Origin: Geosiphon pyriformis uo1
Taxonomy: Eukaryota > Fungi > Glomeromycota
DNA length: 64,000 nt
Assembly: GCA_016748015.1 (NCBI GenBank)
Contig: JAAOMT010000289.1
Span: 755,639-819,638 of the forward strand
Direction: 5' to 3'
The notes under the pieces were generated by a model. That model was not told where the DNA came from, did no database searches, and was given only the letters and a program-made list of their open reading frames with translations. The position numbers and the translations under genes were made by a program. This document shows, piece after piece, positions 40,993 to 53,623 of this stretch. Position 1 is the first letter of the stretch. Each line of letters begins with the position of its first letter.

Positions 40993-41755
40993 AGAGGCTA
41001 GATGATTCTAGAATTATGTGATTTAATGTTAAGAGGTCAAAAACATCTTGTCATAAAGTACAACTCGGTTTTCTTTGAAAGGCAAAAGGCGGGAGGAAAT
41101 TCAGACGACCTACCTCATAAATTGTTAAATCTGAGAGTTCTGTTTGCGAGTCTATGGCAGTCATTTCGTCTGCTAAGAACCGTATCGAGTTGTTCCTGTT
41201 TCCTGCGATTGCGTGAACGAGTCAAATAAGAGAACAACTTGAAACAATCTTTTAAGACGCTCTTGTTGGATTTTGAGAGGTTAGATCAACGGCGAATCTT
41301 TACATTGATCCGAACAAATGTGTTTACTGATGATGTAGCTATCATCATTTAATTTAATCATTATGCCCTTTTTAGAGGACTGGATTAGTCCAGAATTCCA
41401 AACTTGACTTATTAAGCCATAGTGTGAACATCTTTATTCCTTTACTCAGCCACATTTTGAAATTTTCTTTCAATTATATTACTAAGGCTTTCCTTTGCAA
41501 CTTTCAGATTACTGAGATTGTTCAAATATATTTCTTATTAAAAGCTTAGGATTGAAAGACCTTATTGCAAAACAGTTTACTATAGAGGAATGAAAACTTG
41601 AATTGAGACCCAAGAGTCATAAATAAGAGTTATATATTGATTTTAAATAAAAAATAGGAAGAACACATTAATGAATCTTTAGAAACTGAAAAGAAGAGAT
41701 AATGCAAGCAAGAATCCATCATACCTTTAGATTAAATTTTCTAATTTTATTATCC

Positions 41756-42932
41756 TCACCCAATCAGTTCTTTCAACATGTTTATTAAGCCTTTTTGGCG
41801 AGTGCGGATCTAAGAGTAAAGAGTTGATATAATAATGAATAAGAATCAAAGAAAATCGATCGAGAAATGAAGTATGAAGAAATCTACTTTATGATTTCTT
41901 TTTTGAATTGGGCTTCACACGAATTCGGGGTGTGACCGGGGAATTTTTTTGCGATCTCTTCCCTAACCCACAGATTTGAGAAAATTAGAGCACTTTTCAT
42001 AAGACTGTGATTCAAAAAAAGTAATAATTTGCAAATTTATACCAATTAGACCCATATTTCTTTACAAGTGAATTTAACTCCACAATCTTCTCATTATTCC
42101 ATGAAGGAATACTTTTTTTTGCAGTTGGGTGTTTCTGGCGATACTTTGATTTGCAATTATCCGCTGTCCGTCCAGGTAAACTTTTAGCGATCATTTCCCA
42201 GTCATTAGGATGCTCGTTAAAAAGTTGCTCCAATTCATTTATTTCTTCAGGTGACCACTTTTTGGCAGTAGCTTTGCGCAGCGGTGGATTAGGGTCGATT
42301 TCTTTAAATTTGTTATGACAAGCTGTAGGAGTTCTTCCCGGAATTTTACAAGAGATATCTTCCCATTTCTCATTAGGTTTCTTGTTGAGGTATTTCTTAG
42401 CAAGAGCATATCTCAAAAGTTTTGTCTTTTCCCCAGTTGTCCATTCGCCACGTCCGGGAGTTTCTATCTTCTTAGGTACCTTTGCAGCTTTCTTTTTAAT
42501 GGCAGGACGTGCTAAGGTTGAAGGCCGCTCGTGCACAATTGCTGTCTTTTCAACGACGCTTGAGGCAAGTGCTTTGACGGGTGGTATCAACCCCAATTGT
42601 ACGGACTTACTTCTGATCGACCTTGGTGATCTTCCCGGCAGTTCTTGCGCAAGTGTGATCAATTTTTGGGCAGTTGGAAGGTTCTTATATTTTTTAGATT
42701 TGCTTAGCTTTTCAAGCTTTTGTGTCTCAAGGTCAGTCCACAATCCACTACTGCTTACTTTTGGGGGTATAGGAGGTAGCTTTCTCAGCATACCAAGGAT
42801 GTTTGAGGTAGTGGAAAAGGTGCGCCCCGCCTCTCTAAGTGACGCGATTCGTACATCTCGTGGTATTCGCGACGAGATAAAGTTTCTCGAAAGTAACCTT
42901 ACCCCCAACGGAACCAACGTTGACAACTTCAT
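41756..42932 (-). CDS. Four-repeat Myb/SANT protein with putative mitochondrial presequence, 3 exons
   Basis: Repeats WTDLE..LPGRS, WTTGE..WEDI..IPGRTPTAC, WSPEE..WEMIAKSLPGRTADNC, WNNEK..WEEIAKKFPGHTPNSC (last one spans an intron). Confidence 0.82.
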
Positions 42933-44592
42933 CTCTTATGAGAAAGCCTTTGAATAGACTTGCTTTCAAATAACGCGAAGCCCAAGTGTGAAGATAGCAC
43001 TCACGGTGTAGTGGTATTTCGTTTTGTGGAAAGAAAACAAAAATAAGGGTAACTCTGGTTACATCTCATGATCTCAAAGGTAATTAAATTATAAGATCAG
43101 CCAATTCTATGATAGAGGCATTAATGCTAAAAATGGAGCCACAATTAAAGCTTCAATTATTTAAATCATTTTATGTTATTTACAACAAAAATATTTTGAA
43201 TTTGAAAAAACAATATATATGTATATTAATCTGTTTATATGCTAATTGATTAGTTAAAGTTTTATTATTATTATTATTATTATAAAAAAAAACTTTTTTT
43301 TTAATTTTTATAATCATGATTAAAATAAAGAATAAAAAAACTGTACATCTTTTATCTCTTTTGTTACTCAAAACAACCAATAATTTCTTTATTAATAAAA
43401 CACTAGTGGTCATTAAAACTGCTTATTAGCACTTTGTAGAAATGCTTTTTTTAATTAAATTTGTAATTAAACAGTTTTTTATTGGTTTAAAAACATCTTT
43501 TTTATTTTTGGTTAAAAATATTTTTTCTTTTTAAGGTTTTTTTAAAGTAGTTTATTTAAAACAGTCCTAATATAGTTTTTGTCTTTTCTATTAATTTTAA
43601 AGTATTTAATAAAAAACTGATAACCAAGTTATTTTTTATTGTTATTTTTTTATTGTTATTTAAATAGTCAAATTTTTTATTATATTTAATAACAACTTTT
43701 TAAAATACTAAAAAGTTTTTTTTTGGTGTTTTTGATAATTTTAATGTTTTAAAGCCTGTTTTTTTTATTTTTTTGATAATTTTGTTTTAATATAGCTGTA
43801 AATAGAAAAAAAAAATTTATTTTAAATAATAACAATAAATAAATATTAGTTAATCTTAATTTAAATTAGTCTTTGGCTAATATATAAATTTTTAAATATA
43901 TCTTTAATTAATTATTAAATTACTTAATTTTAAAAATTGAATTAATTAGATAAAAATTGAATTAACTTTTACTTTTTTGTTTTTTAGTATTGTTTTTAAT
44001 AATATTTAAAATACTATTTCTAATTGTTAAAAAATTTTTAAATAAATAATTTTCACTTTAGTATTTGATACTATATTTGAAATTAAATTGGTTTTTTGTT
44101 TTAATTACTGTCTAAATTTGTTGAATTTAAATCTGTTTTAAATAATAATATTAAATTGTTTTATGTAAATTTTGTTTTTATAACTTTTTTAATTATTATT
44201 GTTAAAATTATTATTAGTAATTTTTTGTTTTTATTATTTTTAAGATTACAAAGTCTTTTATAATAGTGTTTGTTTGTTTTTTACTTTTATTGTATTTTAT
44301 AATGTTTTTTTTGGTATATTTTTTAATAATATTAAAAATATTCTTAGTATTTTTAGTATTGCTATTTTGATTAAGTTAAAATTTATTAATTTATAATAAT
44401 ATATTATTATTTGTTTTAAGAAATCTTTTTTTGTTGCTATTATTCTTGTTTGTTAATTTGCACTAATAAAAAAATAGTGTTAAAAATTTTTTTTTACTTA
44501 ACCAAAAAAAATTATTATTTAAAAAAATATTTTTAAAGTTAAATTAGTTAATTTTTTTTGGTTATAATATTTTTAAAATTAATAATTTGATT

Positions 44593-46876
44593 GAAAAAAA
44601 ACTTTTTGTCTTCTTAATTTTATGACCACGAACAGAGCAAAGAGTAAAAAAGCTGTATCTGATATCTGTCCTGAGATATTTAATAAAATTTTAACCAGAG
44701 GAGCTCTTTTTGTTGTAGAAGCAACTAGGCAAAATGTTTTAGAAGCCTTTTCCTTACCCAGTAATCATGATAAGCTGCCTTTGGTAGCCACTGAAGCAAC
44801 TTTTTTGTCTTTGGTTGGTTTTTTACCAGTCAAAGTTCTCTCAAAGAGACACACTTAGATTAGTTTCAGTGTTGTTTCCATCCCAACTAAGAGCCCAAAA
44901 GTTTTTAATAATAGACCAGTGAATAAGCTGGTTTTTCCCTCTATAAATTCAACATCTGGTGCTTCTAGCACCACTTCTTCAAAAAAAAATGGTCAAAAAG
45001 ACCAAAAGTTCAGAAAAGTGGGGGCAGTCACTTGCCTCTGCTATTGTTATACTGAATCTTTTTGTGGTTCCCAATGAGATCTTAGATAAAATCTCTATAG
45101 CATCATCCAGCACATCATCCAAGATAGGCCAAGATCAACCACTGGCTGTATTATCAAATATGGTGTTTTCTGGCAGATCATTGCCAGTTTTAGAAGCAAA
45201 ACAATCTTTTTCTGTTGGGTCATCTGTTCTTGAGAACTGGGCTGATTATATGGAAACTGAATTATATCCTCTTTTAGTTTCTGGTGCTACTTCTGGTGGT
45301 GCTTGAAAAACTATTACTAGTCGTCAAAGGTTTGCTGGGTGTGTGGCCTCCACTCTGGTGCCTGGTACTACTTTTAAGATCAAATTGGCTTATGTTAAGA
45401 CTGTTTTTTAGTCAATACATAGTTTCTTGGATGTAAAGTCAGTATTAAAAGACAATGTGAAGCTGTTTTGTATGGAGTTTGCTTCTCAAATGTCTTTGAA
45501 AACTGCATTTTTGGTTGAGCTTACAAGCTTTGTACATTTGACCACTCTTAAAATTGCCAAGTCTTTGGTAATCTCTAAGTCTGGTTTCCCTTTTGCTGCT
45601 ATTGCACTGCGTGATGTGCCCTTGGGTGTGTTTGCTGCTAACATTAAGACAGCTCTCAATGTATTTGGTAGTGTCACTTGTGTTGTGCTGAAGCCTGCTG
45701 GCATTTGGCAGTACATGGTGGTTTATTTTGAAAAGTTGGATTCTGTTGTGTCTGTTTTAAATTATTGGTCAGTTTTGGTGAGCAAGAATAGTGTTAGAAT
45801 TCTCTCTTTAGTGAATCAAAATGAGACTATTTTGTCTCATGATAAGTTTAAGGCCAAGTTGGTCAATCTCCCTTCTGGTTGTACTGTCTTTAAGATTAGT
45901 GATATGATCTCTCAGGTTGGTGGCCGGACATGTTTTATTCCTCATTCACCTAATTCTGGTCATTGTTTCCAGTTTGCTCTGGTTATGTTTGGTTCCCAAG
46001 TTGATTTGGACTCTGTAGTCATCAAAACTGGTATCCTAAGAAAATGCCGTATTTGATAGGAAACTCCTGGTTGTCAATAATGCTTTAAGTGTCAAGAAGT
46101 GGGCCATTTGGCTGTTGACTGCAAAGTTTCTCTGCCTCCCCCTCCTAAGACTCCCAAGATGTTCAAACCATATTTTGTTGGTTCTTTGTTTTATGCTAAG
46201 GCATCTGCTCTCTCTGTTACGTCTGAATTTTCTCCTTTGGTGGCTTCCGCTCCTCCTGTGGCTGTTGTTGATCCTGCTGTTGGGTTCAGATTGGACTCTT
46301 TGGAAAAGCAAATTTCGGATTTGGCTGCTTTGGTAAAGTCTATTATTGAGTCTGTTGGCTTTTTGGTTGCCTTGGTATCTCGTTTTCTTGATGATAATAC
46401 AGTTAAGACTGTTCAATTAGAAAAAAATCTCCTTTCTATAAAATATGCTTCTAACAATTTTGCCAATCTTTTGGTTGATGTGTCTAAGGACATTGTTTGT
46501 TTTAGATCTGAAGTTGACTTTGGTGGCATGGATTATGATGATATGCAGACTACCAAACCTTTTCTTTTAAGTGAAGATACTGTTGAGTGTATTATAGCTT
46601 TGTGGTAGATGTTGAGTGCTGAGATTAGAAGTAATATTGAATCTACTAGATTATTTCTTAGTGAGTTTATTTTTGATTCTAGGAATCTGAATGGTATTAT
46701 TGAAAAAATTCATGGTTTGAGATTATTCCCACCTCCTATTGTTTCAGTGTAGTGTGTCCTTAATTGGTCCGAGTGACTAGTCATGTGTAGAAAACACATG
46801 ATTAACATCTAGTTTAGATTATTTCTTTGGTGTATAGTACTAGATTGTTTTTGGGCTGCACTCATTAAGCAAAAAA
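44593..46876 (+). mobile_element. ORF1-only (non-autonomous) non-LTR retroelement, ~2.3 kb
   Basis: 5' gaaaaaaaactttt motif; one disrupted ORF 44622-46752 (MTTNRAKSKK..., CFKCQEVGHLAVDC, coiled coil); LINE-type 3' tail directly after the stop; poly(A); TSD aatttgatt at 44584-44592 and 46877-46885. Confidence 0.87.
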
Positions 46877-46995
46877 AATTTGATTTTTCAAGTTAATAAC
46901 TACATATGTTTTATTTTTGGTTTATTTAATTCTTATTATTATTAATTTTTTATTATTGTAATCTTTAAGTGTTTAAAGATCTTAAATTTAATTAT

Positions 46996-49900
46996 TATTA
47001 TGAATAAACTTGGTAAAATATTGTGATAAAATTTGGTGCTTTAAATTTAGATAATAAGATTTTGAAGATCTCTATTTTAAATACTTAAGATAAGTTGTTT
47101 AATATTAGTTTTTGAAAATTTTTTGTTAGTTTTACCTATAAAGTTTTTTAGTTATAAAACACAGAAAAGTATTTGACTATTTACAGTTTAAGTGTATAAA
47201 CTATTTTTTTTAAACTAGTTAAATACAGTTATTAAGATCTGGTAGTGTTTTTTTATTTTTCTGATTTTTTTTTTTTTTTTTTATATTTTAACGAGTGAGG
47301 TCCAAACGCGACCTAGTGCTATACATCATACAAATGATCTAAACTAGGTGCAAATCATGTGCTTTCTACACGTGACCAGCCACTCATTTCTGATAAGCTA
47401 ACAAGATAATGTTAATATCTAATTCTAAGAAAAACTTACTTTTTTTACCAAATTATCATAAAGTTTATTTTCAAACAATCAATTTTTTAATGTTGTCACT
47501 CTACAAAAAAATAAAAAAAAATAAAAAATAAAATAAAAAAAATAAAAAAAAAATAAAATAAATAAAATAAAAATAAAAAAAATAAAAAAAATTAATATTA
47601 TTAATTACTATAATCAAAAATAATTGGTTTAAGTTGTTATTTATTTAAGACATTTTATGCTAAGAGCATCTGGCCAGAAATAAAAGTAAAAGAATAAGTA
47701 ATTTGGTTTAAACATAAAATTCATAAATCATAGATAAGTAATTTTTGGTTTCAAATATTTCTTTTATTTAAAATAATATAGATATATAAATAAGATAGAT
47801 TTAATAAATATGAGTAAAGAATATATTTTTTTTGTCTTTTTTTTATTGCTAAAACTACTTATTTTTATACATATTTTTAATTATATATGATTGTTTTTTA
47901 ATTATTTATTATTACTAACTATTATTTACTACTTCTGTTGTTACTTTATTTTTTTATACTGTAACTAGTTATTTTATGTTATGATTAGTTATTTTATGCT
48001 ATTTTATATTATTGTATTATCTTGTATTATTTTAAGTTATAATATGTTATTCTGTGTTATTTTGTATTATTACATTTTTTTATGTTATTTTATTTCCTAA
48101 TCATGTTTTTTCAATATTTTTTGGATTTATTTTTTCTATTTAGGTAATATTATCTTTCTCTTTTAAAATTGAGCTTCTGTAAAATCATATATATCTGTGA
48201 AAATTGTTCTTTTAATATAGTGTTTAATTATTGTATTAAGTATTGTTTTAAGTTTATGGCTGGTTGTTTTTTTTTGTTAGAGTGGCCAATAGATTATAAG
48301 ATAGTAATTACATTTGAGAATATAGTGATTAATTTATTTAAAGGTAATACTAATAGTTATGTCTAAAAAAAAGTGCTTCTGCTGGTTTTATTGGCTACTG
48401 AAATAAGATTTTCAAACAATAATTCATATTTTCTTAGAGATTTAATTCAAATATTTTGGTTATAATCCTAAAGGTACAAAGTTCTAGAAGTTTTTGAATG
48501 TGTTTTTATGAGTTAGTTAAACAGAATTTTGTTTTTAGAGATCTGATAATATAAAAAAGTTGTTGATAAAAAAAGCCTTAATTTTTTGTTAACTGTGAAT
48601 TGAATTTTTTTTGTATAGCTGGTGTATTTTTGTCTTTAGATTTGAATTTTTTGGAATTGAATCTTAATGGTTGTTTTTTTTATTTAAAAGTACTATTTGC
48701 TAATATATTTCTAAGTTTTTTGATTAATTATTAGAAAAATCTTAGCTATTGTCTATATAATAGTTAAAGTTAAATATGTTAGTAATTTTTAATAAATTTG
48801 TTTTTTAAGTTTTTCTGTGTTTATTGTTCATTCTATTAAGTAGTCAATTTTGGTGTATATACAATGACAAAAATCACTTTTTACAGTAATAATTTCTATT
48901 AGTATTTCTAAGTCTTTTTAAAGTATTGAAATAATGCTTTTCTGTATAATAAGTAATCTTTTTTTATAGTTTTAATAGTTGCTATTTTGGTAAATTTCTG
49001 AAATTTTTTGTCTCTGTAGATTTTATAATTTTACAAAAAGCACTAAATATTACAGATAAATTTAATAGAGTATTGTAATAATATTTTATGCTCTAAACTT
49101 GAATAATAAAAGCTTAAAGACTTTTATTTTAAATACTTAAGATAAATTGTTTGATATTAGTTTTTGAAAGTTTTTTGCTAATTTTACTCATAAAGTTCTT
49201 TAGTTATAAGACACAGAGAAGTATTTGGCTATTTATAACTTAAGTATATGAACTATATTCTCTGAGCTAGTTAAGTATAATCACTAAGATCTGGTGGTGT
49301 TTTTTTGCTTTTCTGATAAGCTAACAAGATAATATTAATATCTAATCTTAAAAAAAGCTTTTTTTTTTTATTAGACTGTTACAAAATTTATTCTTAAACA
49401 GTTAATTTTTCAATAATATTATTCCATAAAAAGAAAAAAAATAAAAAAATAAAAATAAAGAAAAAAAGAGAAATAAAAAAAATTAGTATTATTAATTACT
49501 GTAATTAAAAATGATTAATCTAAGTCATTATTTATTTAAGACATTTTATATTAAAAACATCTGGCCAAGAATAAAGATAAGAAAATGAGTAATTTGGTTT
49601 AAACACAAAATTTGTAAATCATAAATAAGTGATTTTTGGTTTTAAATATTTTTTTTATTTGAGGTAATATAAATATATAAGTAAGATAGATTTAATAGAT
49701 ATAAGTAAAAAATATATTTTTTATCTAACTATTTTTTTTGTCTTTTTTTATTGCTAAAACTACTTATTTTTATATATATTTCTAGTTTTATAAAATTGCT
49801 TTTCAATTACTTGTTATTACTAGTTATTGTTTGCTATTTTTGTTGTTGCTTTATTTTTTATAATATAACTAGTTATTCTGTATTATTTTATATTATTGTA

Positions 49901-51984
49901 TTATCTTGTATTATCTTAAGTTATAATATATTATTCTGTATTATTTTGTATTATTACATTTTTTTATATTATTATATTTTCTAATCATGTTTTTTCAATA
50001 TTTTTTGGATTTGTTTTTTTTTATTCAAGTAATATTATTTCTTTTTTTTAGAATTGAGCTCCTGTGAAACCATATGTATTTGTGAAAATTGTTCTTTTGG
50101 TATAGTGTTTAATTATTGTATTAAGTATTGTTTTTTGTAAGTTTGGTTGTTTTGTTAAGCTTATGACTGATTGTTTTTTTTTGTTAAAATAGCCAATAGA
50201 TTATAAGATAGCAATTATATCTGAGAGTATAGTGATTAATTTGTTTAGAAGTAATATTAATAGTTATGCCCAAAAAAAAGTGCTTTTGTTGGTTTTACTG
50301 GCTACTGAAATAAGATTTTCAAACAATAATTCATATTTTTCCAAAGATTTGGTTCAGAAATTTTGGTTATAGTCTCAATGGTACAGAGTTTTAGAAATTT
50401 TTAAAGTTTTTAATTGTGTTTTTGTAAGTTAGTTGAACAGAATTTTATTTTCAAAAATCTGATAATATAAGAGAATTGTTAGTAAAAGAAGCCTTAATTT
50501 TTTATTAACTATAAGTTAAATTTTTTCTTATATGATTGGTATACTCTTGTCTTCAAATTTGGATTTTTAGAGTTAAGTCTTAATAGTTATTTTTTTTTTA
50601 TTTAAGAGTACTGTTTGCTAATGTATTCTTAGATTTTTTGATTAATTATTAGAAAAGTCTTAACTATTGTTTATATAATAATTGAAATTGAGTATTTTAA
50701 TAATTTTTAATAAATTTGTTCTCTGAGTTTTCCTGTATTTGTTGTTTGTTTTAGTAAGTAGTCAATTTTGACATATATATAATAACAAAAATTACTCTTT
50801 GTAATAATAGTTTTTATTGATATTTTTAAGTTTTCTCTAAAATGTTAAAATAATACTTTTTTGTATAGTAAGTAATCTTTTTTTATAGTTCTAATAGTCA
50901 CTATTTTGGTAAATTTCTGGGGTTTTCTATTTTTGTAAATTTTATAATCTTACAGAAAACACCAAATATTACAGGTAAACTTAGTAGAGTATTGTAATAA
51001 TATTTAGTATTCTAAACTTAGATAATAGAAACTTAAAGGCCTTTATTTTAGATACTTAAGATAAGTTATTTAATATTAATTTCTGAAGAGTTTTTACTAA
51101 TTTTACTTATAAAGTTCTTTAATTATAAAGCACAGAAAAATATTTGACTATTTATAGCTTAAATGTATAAGCTATCTTCTCTGAACTAGTCAAGTACAAT
51201 TGTTAGGGTCTAGTAGTGTTTTTTTGCTTTTTTAGTAAGTTAACAAGATGATGTTAATATCTAATTTTAAGAAAAACTTCTTTTTTTACTAGGTTATTAT
51301 GAAGTTTATTTCTAGACAGTTAATTTTTCAATATTATCACTTCACAAAAAAATAAAAAAAAATAAAAAAATAAAAAAAAATAAAAAAAAGAGAAAAATAA
51401 AAATAAAAAAAATTAATATTATTAATTATTATGATCAAAAACAATTAGTTCAAGTTATTATTTGTTCAAGGTGTTTTATATTAAGAACATTTGACCAAGA
51501 ATGAAGGTAAAAGAATAAGTAATTTGGTTTAAATACAAAATTTGTGAATTATAAATAAATAATTTTTGGTTTTAAATATTTCTTTTATTTGAGATAATAT
51601 AGATATATAGATAAGATAGATTTAATAAATATGAGTAAAGAATATATTTTTTATCTAACTATTTCTTTTGTCTTTTTTTATTGCTAAAACTACTTATTTT
51701 TATACATATTTTTTGTTTTACAAAATTGTTTTTCAATTATTTGTTATTACTAGTTATTACTTGCTATTTCTGTTATTGCTTTGTTTTTTTATATTGTAAC
51801 TAGTTATTTTATATTATAACTAATTATTTTGTGCTATTTTATATTATTGTGTTATCTTATATTATCTTAAATTATAATATATTATTTTGTGTTATTTCAT
51901 GTTATCATGTTTTTCTATATTATTACGTTTCCTAATTACATTTTTTCAATATTTTTTAGATTTGTTTTTTTTACTTAGATAATA
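46996..51984 (-). mobile_element. Tandem non-autonomous LTR element: LTR-internal-LTR-internal-LTR
   Basis: LTRs 46996-48149, 49048-50034, 50967-51984; ~0.9 kb internals; PBS TGGTGTTTTCTGTAAG (50949-50964); PPT context homologous to the Gypsy PPT at 5405-5434; 4-bp TSD ttat/ttgt. Confidence 0.8.
47266..47386 (-). mobile_element. 121-bp retroposed copy of the LINE 3' tail
   Basis: Near-identical to 8750-8867; poly(A); TSD tttctgat at 47258-47265 and 47387-47394; absent from the paralogous LTRs (~49310 and ~51230). Confidence 0.92.
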
Positions 51985-53623
51985 TTGTTTTAAAAACTAA
52001 TATTTCACATAAATATTTTATTTTATAAAAAATTTTTAAATATTACTGTTATAAATATTAAAATTTGAATAATTTATTTTTATAAATTTTTTTTAAGTTT
52101 GTTAATAATTTTAAGATTTTTAATTTATTTTTTATTAATATAAAGTTTTATAATAAAGCTTTTGTTTTTTTAATTTTTATTATTATTATATTTTTAACTG
52201 TTTTTGTTATTAGTTTTGTAATTAATTTTAAACTAAATTTTTTGGAATCTTAAATTTTTAATTTGGCTGTTTTGATTAAGTTAGTTATTAAACTAATTGG
52301 TTTTTTAATTATTTTAATTATTTTTCTTTTGGCTAAAAATATATGCAAAAACTTTAAAATAAAAAAAATTAATTATTATTAAAAACTTTATTGGTTTTTT
52401 AGTTAATTTGTTTAAAAACTTTGCTAATATTAAAATTAAAATAAAATTTAATAACATAAATAAAAATTATATAAGTATTATTAAAGTATTTTTTTTGAAT
52501 AATAAAATTATTAATTATTTAGTGGTTTTATAATAAATAATATTAAGTATAATATTAAAAAAACCAAATTTTTATTAAGTAAATTTATTTTTAATAGTCA
52601 AAATTTAAATAATTTTATTGTTAAATTTTATAAATTAGATTTTTTTTTGGCTTTTTTTAATTTAACTTAATTTGTTTAATTAACTTAAATAATTAGTTAT
52701 ATATAAAAAGTATGTAATTTATATCTAATTAGATTTTGTTTTAAATATATTGTATTAAATATTAATTAGATTATATTTTATTAAAAAAAATTATTATTAT
52801 TATTAATTTTTTGTTTTAGTCTTAAAAATATTTTTAGTTAATTATTTTACTGTTTTTTATTATTATTATTTACAATTATAAAATTAAAACATTTATAGTT
52901 TATGTTTATTTATATTTATATTTATATATATAGTTAATCAATAAATAAATATATATAAAAATTCAATTTGAATATAATTTTGTTTTTTAAATTAGTATTA
53001 TAAGATTATTAATTTTATTGTAATTAATTATTTTAATATAATTAATAATTATATATTTTTTAAAAAAATTTTATATAAAAGTTATATTAAATCTATTTAT
53101 TATAATAAATAAAAAATTTTTAATTTTTAATATTTTTTTTATATATTAAATTAATTATTTTTTTAAATATTGGTTTTTTAAAATTGTTAAAATTATTTAT
53201 TTTATGTAATAAAAATACTGTTATCAATGATTAATTTTAAATAAAAAACATTTTTATAAACTATAATTAATATTTAAAATTTTTAAAAACTTTAATAAAT
53301 TTAATAATTAACAATAATTTTTTAAAAATTAGCTTAAAATCAAAATTTTATTAATAAATTATAAAAATTATTTTAATTAAACTAAAATAACTAATTACAT
53401 ATAGTTTATTATATAATTTATATTTAATATATGATAATTGTATTGTATAATAATAATTAGTAATTAAATTATAGCAAATATATAAAAATAAATAAATAAA
53501 ATTGTAAAATTTTTTAAAATACAAAAAAAAATTTTATTAGAAATTTAATAAAAAATTAATATATATATTTTATATTTTAATAAAATATGATTTAATAATT
53601 ATTTAATAAATAAAATATAATAA

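Larger units (their letters stand above)
43284..52790 (+). mobile_element. Old hyper-decayed ORF1-only element split into three pieces (43284-44592, 46886-46995, 51989-52790) by two nested insertions
   Basis: Each piece aligns colinearly by eye to 44593-46876; ends in a decayed 3' tail plus A-run; flanked by (TTA)n on both sides. Confidence 0.7.

Noticed and set aside
48169-49984. Hydrophobic ORFs 48169-48366 and 49751-49984
   Set aside because: Chance ORFs in T-rich decayed LTR-element DNA.
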